A DNA stretch of 64,000 nucleotides from an uncultured Enterobacterales bacterium (GTDB lineage Bacteria > Myxococcota_A > UBA796 > CAZKWG01): contig CAZTOW010000012.1 in NCBI GenBank assembly GCA_964615375.1, forward strand, positions 1 to 64,000. The letters are read 5' to 3'. Position numbers and translations under genes: made by a program. The notes under the pieces are model-generated. The model saw only the letters and a program-made list of their open reading frames with translations. It ran no database searches and was not told where the DNA came from. Within the stretch, counting starts at the first letter, position 1; the number at the start of each line of letters is the position of its first letter. Positions 48,349-58,854 of the stretch are shown here, one piece after another.

Positions 48349-51300
48349 CGCGCCTCCGACGTGTCCGCCCCGTTCGCGCACTGGGCGTCGTCGGCGTCCA
48401 CCTTCCCGTCCAGATCGTTGTCACGCCCGTCGTTGCACTGGGTGGAGCCGTAGCCGCCGGTCTCCTCCTCGACGTAGATCGAGGTGCAGACAGGGTCGTC
48501 GAGGTCAACCCAGCCGTCGTCGTCATTGTCGATCCCGTCGTTGCACTCCGTCTCTGGATCCGTCTCGTCATCATCGGTCGCGCTGATGCAGCCGAGATCG
48601 GCGGAGTCGGTGAGCCCGTCGCCGTCGTCGTCCTCGCCGTCGTTGCAGGCGGTCAGGCCGAAGATGGCGCCGTCCTCGGCGTTGTCGTCCGCGTCGGTAC
48701 AGTCGGGGTCGTCGAGGTCGTACCAGCCGTCGCCGTCGTTGTCGCTGTCGTCCTCACACTGCGGGATGTGCGTCTCATCGGTGTCGAAGGCGCTCTCGCA
48801 GCCCGGATCGGAGGCGTCGGCGTCGCCGTCGCTGTCGTCGTCCACCTCGTTGTTGCAGGTGAAGCCGTCCTCGTAGCCCAGCTCCTCGCCGGCCCAGGCG
48901 CAGTCCGGGTCGTCGTCGTCTGTCCAGCCGTCGCCGTCGCCGTCGATCCCGTCGGCGCAGTCCGCGCCTTCGACGTCCTCGGACTCCGAGCTGTCCAGCG
49001 CGCTCTCGCAGTCGGGGTCGTCCGCGTCGGCGTCGCCGTCGCCGTCGTCGTCCTCGCCGTCGTTGCACACGGTGTCGCCCGTGCCGCGCTCGGCCACGCC
49101 GCTGACGCAGTCGGGGTCGTCCACGTCGATCCATCCATCACGATCATTGTCGCTGCTGTCAGCGCAGCCGGGGCCTGTGTTGGTCTCCAACGGATCGAGC
49201 GCGCTGGTGCAGCCGTAGTCCGTCGCGTCGATGACGCCGTCGCTGTCGTCGTCCTCCTGGTTGTTGCAGGGCAGGTCGCCGTAGCCCACCTCGCTGTCGC
49301 CCACGAAGCAGTCGGGATCCTCCTCGTCGGTCCAGCCGTCGCCGTCCTCGTCGGCGCCGTCCTCGCAGGTCCCGGTGGTGGGGCCCTCCACCGTGTCGCG
49401 CGCCCTGGCGCAGTCGGGGTCCTCGGCGTCGATGAGACCGTCGTCGTCGTCGTCCTCGCCGTCGTTGCAGGCGGTGGCGCCGTAGCCCTCCTCCGTGTCT
49501 CCGCCGTCGCAGTCGGGGTCCGCCGCGTCGGTCCAGCCGTCGCCGTCCTCGTCCTCGCCGTCCGAGCAGTCCACGGAGGCGGCCTCCTCCTGCGCGTCCC
49601 AGCCGTCGGCGCAGTCCTCGTCGTCGGCGTCGGTGTAGCCGTCGCCGTCGCCGTCGTCCCCGTCGTTGCAGCCGAGGGTGGAGAGGCCGATCTCGTCGTC
49701 GTAGAGCGTGCAGTCGGGGTCCGCGAGGTCCGACCAGCCGTCGGCGTCGTCGTCGCGGCCGTTGGCGCAGGGGCCCGGGTCCGGGGCCTCGTCGTCGTCC
49801 CAGGCGGCGCCGCAGTCGGGGTCGTCGCCGTCGATGCTGTCGTCACCGTCGTCATCGACGCCGTTGCTGCAGGCGAAGTCGCTGGTGCCCGACTCGGCGT
49901 CGCCGCTCAGGCAGTCCAGGTCGTCGGTGTCGATGTAGCCGTCGCCGTCGTCGTCCGCGCCGTCCGCGCAGCTCTCGGCGTCGGCGTCCTCGACCGTGTC
50001 GAAGGCGTTGGCGCAGCCCGGGTCCGCGCCGTCCAGGCGCAGGTTGCCGTCGTCGTCCAGCCCGTTGTTGCAGGCGATGGAGCCGTAGCCGAGCTCGGCG
50101 TCGCCGTCTGCGCAGTCGGGATCCTCGGCGTCCACCCAGCCGTCCAGGTCGTTGTCCGAGCCGTCGATGCAGCCGTCCCCGCCCGCGCCGACCTCTACGT
50201 CGCCGGACGCGCAGTCGGGGTCGTCCGCGTCGGTGAGCCCGTCCTCGTCGTCGTCTACGCCGTTCTCGCACTCGGTGGTGGCGGTGGGCTCGTCGTCGGC
50301 GCCGTCGGCGCAGTCGGTGTCGGCGCTGTCGATGGCCCCGTCGCGGTCGTTGTCGAGCCCGTCGTTGCACCCGGCGTCGGAGAGGCCGAGCTCGGCGTCC
50401 CCGCTGGTCGAGCAGTCCGGGTCCTCGTCGTCGATCCAGCCGTCGGCGTCGTTGTCCTCGCCGTCCCCGCAGGGCTCGCTCTCGTCGTCGTCGCTGGCGT
50501 CCAGGCAGCCCGCGTCCTCGCCGTCGATGAGCCCGTCGTCGTCGTCGTCCTCGCCGTCGTTGCAGGCGGTGGCGCCGTAGCCCGCCTCGGGCCCGCCGCC
50601 GTCGCAGTCAGGGTCGGCGGCGTCGGTCCAGCCGTCGCCGTCGTCGTCCAGATCGTCGGCGCAGCTCCCGGACTCGTCGTCGTCCCACGCGTCGTCACAG
50701 TCGGCGTCGAAGGCGTCGATGTCGCCGTCGCCGTCGTCGTCCTCGCCGTCGCTGCACTCGGAGACGGCCTCGAACGCGCCCTCGTCGTCGTCCAGATCGT
50801 CGTCGCAGCCCGGGTCGTCCAGGTCCACCCAGCCGTCGCCGTCGCCGTCGAGCCCGTCCTCGCAGGCGTTGGCCTCGCTGTCGTCGAGCGCGTCCGCACA
50901 CGAGGGGTCGAGCCCGTCGGCGAGCCCGTCGCCGTCGTCGTCCTCGCCGTTGTTGCAGGCCAGATCGGAGTAGCCCGCCTCGGCGTCGCCGGAGGTGCAG
51001 TCGGGATCGTCGGCGTCCGTCCAGCCGTCCTCGTCGCCGTCGAGCCCGTCCTCGCAGTCGGGCTGGGCCTCGTCGTCGTCCAGCGCGTCCTCGCACTCGG
51101 GGTCGGCGCTGTCGATGGAGCCGTCACCGTCGTTGTCGGCGAGGTCATTGCAGTCGGTCCCGCCCGCCCCCAGCTCCTCGTCGCCGAACTGGCAGTCGGG
51201 ATCTTCCAGGTCCACCCAGCCGTCGCCGTCGCCGTCCTCACCGTCCGCGCAGGGATCGGCCTCGGTGGCCTCGTCGTCGTCCGCCGCGTGGTCGCAGTCG

Positions 51301-51956
51301 GGGTCCTCGCTGTCGATGGCCAGATCGCCGTCGTCGTCCTCGCCGTTGTTGCAGGCGTGGTCGCCGTAGCCCTTCTCCTCGGTGCCCGCCGCGCAGTCGG
51401 GGTCCCGCCCGTCGGTCCAGCCGTCCCCGTCGTTGTCTTCGCCGTCCTCGCAGCCGGAGACCTCCACGATTCCCGTGAGCGTGACGGACTCGCGCTGGAT
51501 CTGCTCGCCCACGAACTCGAGCGGGCCGAGCACGTCCGAGCTGCTCACCAGCGCGCCCCCGCTGAGGCCGAGGGCCCACACGTCGAAGGGGTCGTTGCCC
51601 TCTCCGGGCTGGAGCTCGATGTCGGCCAGCCAGTCGCCCTCGGTGAGCGGGCTCACGCTCACCACCAGCTCCAGGTTGGCGTCGCCGGTGTCCGCGTCGC
51701 TCAGGCTGGCGTCGTCGCCGTCGTAATCCTCGGGCTGGAGCGCGATGCCGTGCTCGTCGGAGAAGGGCAGCGACGGGTCCACCACCAGGCGCACCTCGTC
51801 GAGCTGCCCGCGCATGGCCTCGACGTCGTCGGCGACCACGCGGATCTGGATGGCCGTCCGCGGCGGCTCGCCGCAGGCCGTGAGCAGGAGCAGCAGGACA
51901 AGGGTCCTCAGGGGAGCACCACGCACGGGAGCACCACGCACGGGAGCACTACTCAT
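48345..51956 (-). CDS. giant hyper-acidic repeat lipoprotein (~30 tandem Cys-bracketed DxDxDG TSP3/MopE-like modules)
   Basis: Lipobox LLLLLTAC. About 15 alternating pairs of CxDGxDxDxDGWxDxxDPDC and ACN(D/N)GxDDDxDGxxDxxDxxC modules; roughly 35% Asp+Glu. Start ATGA-coupled to the PEGA gene. Converges stop-to-stop with phhA. Confidence 0.8.
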   Translation of the reverse strand: MSSAPVRGAPVRGAPLRTLVLLLLLTACGEPPRTAIQIRVVADDVEAMRGQLDEVRLVVDPSLPFSDEHGIALQPEDYDGDDASLSDADTGDANLELVVSVSPLTEGDWLADIELQPGEGNDPFDVWALGLSGGALVSSSDVLGPLEFVGEQIQRESVTLTGIVEVSGCEDGEDNDGDGWTDGRDPDCAAGTEEKGYGDHACNNGEDDDGDLAIDSEDPDCDHAADDDEATEADPCADGEDGDGDGWVDLEDPDCQFGDEELGAGGTDCNDLADNDGDGSIDSADPECEDALDDDEAQPDCEDGLDGDEDGWTDADDPDCTSGDAEAGYSDLACNNGEDDDGDGLADGLDPSCADALDDSEANACEDGLDGDGDGWVDLDDPGCDDDLDDDEGAFEAVSECSDGEDDDGDGDIDAFDADCDDAWDDDESGSCADDLDDDGDGWTDAADPDCDGGGPEAGYGATACNDGEDDDDDGLIDGEDAGCLDASDDDESEPCGDGEDNDADGWIDDEDPDCSTSGDAELGLSDAGCNDGLDNDRDGAIDSADTDCADGADDEPTATTECENGVDDDEDGLTDADDPDCASGDVEVGAGGDGCIDGSDNDLDGWVDAEDPDCADGDAELGYGSIACNNGLDDDGNLRLDGADPGCANAFDTVEDADAESCADGADDDGDGYIDTDDLDCLSGDAESGTSDFACSNGVDDDGDDSIDGDDPDCGAAWDDDEAPDPGPCANGRDDDADGWSDLADPDCTLYDDEIGLSTLGCNDGDDGDGDGYTDADDEDCADGWDAQEEAASVDCSDGEDEDGDGWTDAADPDCDGGDTEEGYGATACNDGEDDDDDGLIDAEDPDCARARDTVEGPTTGTCEDGADEDGDGWTDEEDPDCFVGDSEVGYGDLPCNNQEDDDSDGVIDATDYGCTSALDPLETNTGPGCADSSDNDRDGWIDVDDPDCVSGVAERGTGDTVCNDGEDDDGDGDADADDPDCESALDSSESEDVEGADCADGIDGDGDGWTDDDDPDCAWAGEELGYEDGFTCNNEVDDDSDGDADASDPGCESAFDTDETHIPQCEDDSDNDGDGWYDLDDPDCTDADDNAEDGAIFGLTACNDGEDDDGDGLTDSADLGCISATDDDETDPETECNDGIDNDDDGWVDLDDPVCTSIYVEEETGGYGSTQCNDGRDNDLDGKVDADDAQCANGADTSEAR

Positions 51957-53071
51957 GGCAGCACCACGACGGTCTCGCTCTCCGGGACCGGCTCCGGGGT
52001 CAGCGCGTTGGCCAGCAGCACGCCCCCGGCGGCGGCGGCTCCGGCGCCCAGGGTGACGCCGCCCCAGAAGGTCCAGCGCGCCAGCAGGGGGCGCTCGCGC
52101 AGGAGCTTGCCGGTGCCGCTCTCGCCCTCGCGGACCAGCTCGGCCCGGTAGAGCAGCTTGCCCTTGGGCGGGACCTCCAGCGTCTGCTCGAGGGCCTGGT
52201 ATCCCGGGGCGCTCACGCTGAGGCGGTAGCGCCCGCGCTCCAGCTCGGCGACGCGCACCACCTCACCCTCGCCGAGGAGGTGGCCCTCCAGGCGCACCGC
52301 GCCCTGCGGATGGCCGGTCTCGATGACCAGCCCCGCGCCCTCCGGGGGCAGGGAGACGGTGACCTCACCCTTCGATCCATTTGAATTGTCGAAGCGTCGA
52401 AAGACCGTCGCGTACTCGGCGAGCTCCAGGCGCACGACGTGAGCGCCGGGCGGCACGCCCTCTACCGAGAGCGGCGTGTCTCCGATGCTCTTGTCGTCCA
52501 GCCAGACGCGCGCCGGGGCGGGGGTGGAGCTCACCTGAAGCAGGCCCGCCGTGCTCTTCAGCCGCACGTTGAAGAGCAGGTTCTTCCCCTTGACGAAGGT
52601 GAAGCTGCCCTCTTCGGGCTCGTGGCCGGGAGCGCTGATGGTGTAGCGGTACTCCCCCGGGCTCAGGTCGCGCAGGCGCACCGGGGTGGGGACGGGATCG
52701 GCGCCGTTGAGCACCAGCTTCGCCCCGCCCGGCTGGACCAGGAACTCCACCGTGCCCTGGCCGGCGACGAGCTGGGCCGCGACCTCCAGGGTGGTGCCGG
52801 GGCTGACCTCGACCCGGCGCACGAAGGGGTCGTGCCCGTCGGCGGCCACGCGGATCAGGTGCATCCCGGCCGACAGGTAGCGCACGACCGGGGCCTCGCC
52901 CACCACCTCGTTGTCCACGTAGACGGTGGCGCCAGCCACGGGGCTGGTGATGCGGACGATGCCGGTGGGGGCGGCCTGCTCCTGCGCCTGGGCAGGGGGC
53001 GCGAGGCCGATCAGGGCGCCGAGGCCGAGGGCCAGGACCAGGAGCAGGGGAGCGGGGCGCTGCGCACGCAT
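51953..53071 (-). CDS. PEGA-domain protein (signal peptide, three to four PEGA repeats, C-terminal TM anchor)
   Basis: Signal peptide ending AQAQE. Repeated P(E/G)GA-type motifs (SPGEYRY, PPGAHVVR, ERGRYRL). C-terminal WTFWGGVTLGAGAAAAGGVLL TM helix. Confidence 0.75.
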   Translation of the reverse strand: MRAQRPAPLLLVLALGLGALIGLAPPAQAQEQAAPTGIVRITSPVAGATVYVDNEVVGEAPVVRYLSAGMHLIRVAADGHDPFVRRVEVSPGTTLEVAAQLVAGQGTVEFLVQPGGAKLVLNGADPVPTPVRLRDLSPGEYRYTISAPGHEPEEGSFTFVKGKNLLFNVRLKSTAGLLQVSSTPAPARVWLDDKSIGDTPLSVEGVPPGAHVVRLELAEYATVFRRFDNSNGSKGEVTVSLPPEGAGLVIETGHPQGAVRLEGHLLGEGEVVRVAELERGRYRLSVSAPGYQALEQTLEVPPKGKLLYRAELVREGESGTGKLLRERPLLARWTFWGGVTLGAGAAAAGGVLLANALTPEPVPESETVVVLP

Positions 53072-53111
53072 GACCTCTGAAGGGTATCAGAGTTCCACCT
53101 GGCCGGCAGGC

Positions 53112-54929
<1,818 letters not shown>

Positions 54930-54932
54930 GCT

Positions 54933-55880
54933 TCAGGTCCTCGTGAGCCTGCGGAAGACCTCTTCCAGGTTGCTGCGCTCCAGCGTGAGCTCCAGCAGCA
55001 CGAGGCCCTGGTCCACCGCGAGCTGGAAGAGGGCGGGGCGCAGGTCGGCGCGGGCCAGGACCTCCAGCGCCATGTGCGCGGGGTCCTCGTCCTCCAGCGT
55101 GCGGACGCGCTCGACGTCGGTCAGGGCCTCGACGGCTTGGACCACCGCCTCGCGCCGGGGCGCCACCTTGCCGGGGGCGTAGGTGACGCGCATCAGGCGC
55201 CCGCCCTGGTCGCGCAGGGTGACCTCGCCCGTGGGGCCGTCGGCCACGATCTCGCCCTTGTTGACGATGATCACGCGGTCGCAGGTGGCCTGGACCTCCG
55301 ACAGGATGTGCGTGGACAGCAGCACCGTCTTCTTGCGGCCGATCTCCCGGATCAGGTTGCGGATGTCCACGATCTGGTTCGGGTCGAGGCCGGTGGTGGG
55401 CTCGTCCAGGATGAGGATGCTCGGGTCGTGCAGCAGGGCCTGGGCGAGCCCGGTGCGCTGGCGGTAGCCCTTGGACAGCGTGCCGATGGCCTGGTCCATG
55501 CGGTCGGTGACGCCGCAGAGGCCGGCGACGCGCTCGATGGCGGTGGCGCGCTCGGCCGAGCCGAGGCCGCGGACCCGACCCACGAAGTCCAGGTAGTCGC
55601 CCACGCGCATCTCGGTGTAGAGCGGCGCGCTCTCCGGCAGGTAGCCGATCTTCGCGCGGGCCTCGATGGGCTCGTCCAGCACGTCGTGGCCCTCGATGGC
55701 GGCCTGCCCCCCGCTCGGCGTCAGGAAGCCCGTCAGGATCTTCATCGCCGTGGACTTGCCCGCGCCGTTGGGGCCCAGGAAGCCCACGACCTCGCCGTGC
55801 TCGACCGAGAAGCTGATCCCGCGCAGCGCGACGTGGTTCCCGTAGGACTTTCGGAGCTCGCGGACCTCGATGGCGGACAT
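54933..55880 (-). CDS. ABC transporter ATP-binding protein (ABC-2 type), no adjacent permease
   Basis: Walker A GPNGAGKST; signature LSKGYRQR; Walker B ILILDEP. The ORF-track 762-aa frame continues upstream antisense to the Rpn gene and is rejected beyond 55880. Confidence 0.85.
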   Translation of the reverse strand: MSAIEVRELRKSYGNHVALRGISFSVEHGEVVGFLGPNGAGKSTAMKILTGFLTPSGGQAAIEGHDVLDEPIEARAKIGYLPESAPLYTEMRVGDYLDFVGRVRGLGSAERATAIERVAGLCGVTDRMDQAIGTLSKGYRQRTGLAQALLHDPSILILDEPTTGLDPNQIVDIRNLIREIGRKKTVLLSTHILSEVQATCDRVIIVNKGEIVADGPTGEVTLRDQGGRLMRVTYAPGKVAPRREAVVQAVEALTDVERVRTLEDEDPAHMALEVLARADLRPALFQLAVDQGLVLLELTLERSNLEEVFRRLTRT

Positions 55881-56050
55881 GGGGACCCTCAGGCAGGACC
55901 ATAACACCCGATGACCGGCGGAGGCGGGGCGGGGGAGGGCTGCGATAGCTCCAGGAGGGCACATGGTCGCTGCTCGGCGCGGTCCTGGCCTCCGTCGGGC
56001 GCTCCCGGCGTTCGAGGCGAGCTCTCCGCACCTGAACACACTCCCGGTAG

Positions 56051-56070
56051 CCGGACATTTTCTGTCCGCC
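56051..56070. promoter_or_regulatory. hairpin motif CGGACA-TTTTC-TGTCCG upstream of the Rpn-family gene
   Basis: Same stem as the 34690/34721 hairpins; 41 bp upstream of the 56112 ATG. Confidence 0.45.
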
Positions 56071-56111
56071 TCATTTTGCCTGCCCGCGAGCCCAGGTCTA
56101 AGGGGGCGGGC

Positions 56112-57050
56112 ATGATGAAGCATCGAATCAACCCTCTCATCGACTGCGTGTTCAAGCGGCTGATGGGCACGGCCGAGAACCTCGACCTGCTCGCCAGCTT
56201 CCTGAACGCGCTCCTCGCTCCCCCCAACCCCATCGTCTCGCTGACGCTGGTGGACACCCACGTCAAGAAACAGACCCGCAAGGATGACACCACCATCGTG
56301 GACGTGCTGGCGACGGACAGCGCCGGCTACGTCTACCAGGTCGAGGTGCAGCTCACCCGCCACACCTGGCTGTTGGAGCGGATGCTCTACTGCTGGGCCG
56401 ACATCTACCAGGAGCAGATCCAGGCGGGCCAGGACTTCGACGTGCTGCGGCCGGTGATCTCCATCTGGATCCTGGATCGCCCCGTGTTCCGCGGTCACGG
56501 ACCCTGGCACCGACGCTTCCAGGTGCGCGACGACCACGAGGGGGCCCTGCTCAGCCCGCACCTCGACATCCACACCGTCGAGCTCAACAAGTGGCGCCCC
56601 CCGAGCGAGGCCCCCCTTGTCGCGCTGGACCGTTGGATGTACTTCTTCAAAGAGGCGCGCGCGTGGACCTCCCTGCCCGAGGTCCTCGACAGCCCGGAGA
56701 TGAGGAAGGCCATGAGCGTGATCGAGCGCTGGTCGGAGAAGGAGAGCGACTACCGCGCCTACCGCAGGCGGCTCCACGCGCTGCGCGTGAGCCGGATCCA
56801 GGAGAAGGAGCGGGTCCAGCTCCGGGAGGAGAAGAGCCAGCTTCTGGAGGAGACTGGCCTGCTTCGGGGCGAGAAGGCCGCCCTCCAAGGCGAGAAGGCC
56901 GCCCTCCAAGGCGAGAAGGCCGCCCTCCAAGGCGAGAAGGCCGCCCTCCAAGGCGAGAAGGCCGCCCTCCAAGGCGAAAACCAGCAGCTCCATACCGAGC
57001 TCGAGGCCCTCCGGGCCGAGCTCGCGCGCCTGCGCGCCGCGGGGGCCTGA
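56112..57050 (+). CDS. Rpn-family recombination-promoting nuclease / putative transposase (PD-(D/E)XK, YhgA-like) with C-terminal coiled-coil heptad repeats
   Basis: N-terminal LIDCVFKRLMG ... LLASFLNALL typical of the YhgA/Rpn family. C-terminal (GEKAALQ)x5 then ELEALRAELARLRAAGA. Confidence 0.8.
   Translation: MMKHRINPLIDCVFKRLMGTAENLDLLASFLNALLAPPNPIVSLTLVDTHVKKQTRKDDTTIVDVLATDSAGYVYQVEVQLTRHTWLLERMLYCWADIYQEQIQAGQDFDVLRPVISIWILDRPVFRGHGPWHRRFQVRDDHEGALLSPHLDIHTVELNKWRPPSEAPLVALDRWMYFFKEARAWTSLPEVLDSPEMRKAMSVIERWSEKESDYRAYRRRLHALRVSRIQEKERVQLREEKSQLLEETGLLRGEKAALQGEKAALQGEKAALQGEKAALQGEKAALQGENQQLHTELEALRAELARLRAAGA
56869..56973 (+). repeat. five perfect tandem copies of a 21-bp unit GGCGAGAAGGCCGCCCTCCAA
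   Basis: Seen directly in the sequence, inside the Rpn gene 3' region; in-frame heptad coiled-coil. Confidence 0.9.
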
Positions 57051-57111
57051 GCCGGCGGGCGTGCGCCGCGCCCGTCGCTGGGCTATCTCCCGAGCCCACG
57101 CGGAGGTGCAC

Positions 57112-57924
57112 ATGATGTCCAGGCTGGAGAAGGGCCTGCTGCGCGAGGTCGGGCGCGCCGTGAAGGACTTCCGGCTCATCGAGCCCGGCGACCGGATCAT
57201 GGTCGCGGTCTCGGGGGGCAAGGACTCCTACTCCATGCTGTCGCTGCTGCGCCGGCTGCAGGAGCGCGCGCCCATCGAGTTCTCGCTGGTGGCGGTGAAC
57301 CTGGACCAGGGGCACCCGGGCTTCCCCGGCCACCTGCTGGAGGGCTGGCTCAAGGACAACGGCTACGAGTATCGGATGATCAAGCGCGACACCTACAGCG
57401 TCGTGCTGGAGAAGATCCCTGAGGGAAAGACCTACTGCTCGCTCTGCTCGCGCCTGCGTCGCGGCATCCTCTACGACGTGGCCGTGGACCTGGGCGCGAC
57501 CAGGATCGCGCTCGGCCACCACCGCGACGACGTCATCGAGACGCTGATGCTGAACCTGCTCTACGCGGGCCAGATCAAGGCCATGCCGCCGCGCCTGCGC
57601 TCGGACGACGGCCGGAACGTGGTCATCCGGCCGCTCAGCTACTGCGCGGAGGAGGATCTGGCGGCCTACGCCGAGGAGCAGCGCTTCCCCATCCTGCCCT
57701 GCGACCTCTGCGGCTCCCAGGAGAACCTGCAGCGCAAGCGCATCAAGCGCATGATCGCCGATCTCCACGCGGAGAACCCCAACGTGAAGGGCAACCTCTT
57801 CGCCGCCCTCTCCAACGTGCGCCCCAGCCACCTGCTGGACCCGAAGCTGCGCGAGGCCATGGGCCTGGACGAGCTGGAGACCCTGGCGCGCGGGCGGGAC
57901 GAGACCCTGGACGCGCTGGGCTGA
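57112..57924 (+). CDS. ttcA: tRNA 2-thiocytidine(32) synthetase
   Basis: PP-loop SGGKDS. TtcA-specific CxxC pairs (CSLCSRLRRG, CDLCGS). GGAGGTG RBS. Confidence 0.9.
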   Translation: MMSRLEKGLLREVGRAVKDFRLIEPGDRIMVAVSGGKDSYSMLSLLRRLQERAPIEFSLVAVNLDQGHPGFPGHLLEGWLKDNGYEYRMIKRDTYSVVLEKIPEGKTYCSLCSRLRRGILYDVAVDLGATRIALGHHRDDVIETLMLNLLYAGQIKAMPPRLRSDDGRNVVIRPLSYCAEEDLAAYAEEQRFPILPCDLCGSQENLQRKRIKRMIADLHAENPNVKGNLFAALSNVRPSHLLDPKLREAMGLDELETLARGRDETLDALG

Positions 57925-57932
57925 GCCCTCCC

Positions 57933-58778
57933 TCAGACCCGGCGGAAGCGCAGCAGGTGGCAGCAGCCCGGGGTGTCGGGATCCGTCTCCTGGCGCGCCT
58001 CCAGCGCGAAGCGCTCTCCCAGCAGCTCCGCGAGCGTGTCCGCCGGAGGCAAGTACAGGCGGTCGGGGACGTCGCGGCCGTCCTCGAAGGGCAGGAAGCT
58101 CTCGGGGGGCCACCCCAGCATGCGGGCGAGCCCGACCGGATCGGGGACCTCCGCGCGCAGGGCCTGCCAGAGCGCGGAGACGGGGACCCCCTCGTCGTGC
58201 GCGTCCGAATGCAGGGCGGCGAGCAGGCGCATGCGCAGGCTCTCGGCGCTGGCCAGCTCACCCCGGCGCAGCCGCTCGAAGAGCCGCGCGGCGGGCTCGG
58301 CGGAGCGTGGTCGGGCGAAGATCCGCGTGACGAAGGCGGTCCCCGGGCGGAGGACCCGGTGAAGCTCCGCCGCCAACGCCGCCCGGTCCTCGGCGCAGAG
58401 CAGGGACAGCACCCCGTCCCCCAGGACCAGGTCCACCGATCCGTCCTCCAGGGGCAGGCGGCGCCAGTCCGCGCAGCGCGCGCGCGCCAGCGGCCCGCGA
58501 TCCCGCCACAGCGCCGCGATCATGGCCTCCGACCGATCGACCGCCACCAGCCTCCCCCGCGCCGCGGCGAGCTCGGCGAGCTCGGGCGTGACCCCCAGCA
58601 GCAGCGTGGTCCCGCCCGGCGGGAGCTCGGCGAGGGCCGCGGTGGCGGCGATCACCTCGGGGCTCGGGCGCCAGGGCGGACGCACCCGCCCCCAGGCCGC
58701 GGCCCGGCGCGCCCAGTACGCGCCCGCGGGATCGGCCGCTGGGGTCGCGGCGCCAGGGTCGCGGGCTTCGTGGCTCAT
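57933..58778 (-). CDS. class I SAM-dependent methyltransferase
   Basis: Motif I LLLGVTPELAELAA / VAVDRSEAM and motif II VDLVLGDGVL typical of small-molecule methyltransferases. Confidence 0.7.
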   Translation of the reverse strand: MSHEARDPGAATPAADPAGAYWARRAAAWGRVRPPWRPSPEVIAATAALAELPPGGTTLLLGVTPELAELAAARGRLVAVDRSEAMIAALWRDRGPLARARCADWRRLPLEDGSVDLVLGDGVLSLLCAEDRAALAAELHRVLRPGTAFVTRIFARPRSAEPAARLFERLRRGELASAESLRMRLLAALHSDAHDEGVPVSALWQALRAEVPDPVGLARMLGWPPESFLPFEDGRDVPDRLYLPPADTLAELLGERFALEARQETDPDTPGCCHLLRFRRV

Positions 58779-58854
58779 GGACGACCATCGTACCCGCTAC
58801 CCAAACAGATGTTCAATTGACGGGCCGCCGCTCTGGGGCGTTAATCGGGGTCTC

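Noticed and set aside
48300-52151. 1283-aa plus-strand ORF mirroring the giant repeat gene
   Set aside because: Val/Ala/Gly-only translation is the antisense image of the GAC/GAT-rich repeat gene. The minus-strand frame has lipobox, modular Cys spacing and translational coupling to the PEGA gene.
55880-57221. Upstream 450 codons of the 762-aa minus-strand ORF containing the ABC ATPase
   Set aside because: The ABC domain starts at MSAIEVRELRK (55880). The upstream part is antisense to the well-supported Rpn gene and is coiled-coil mirror sequence.
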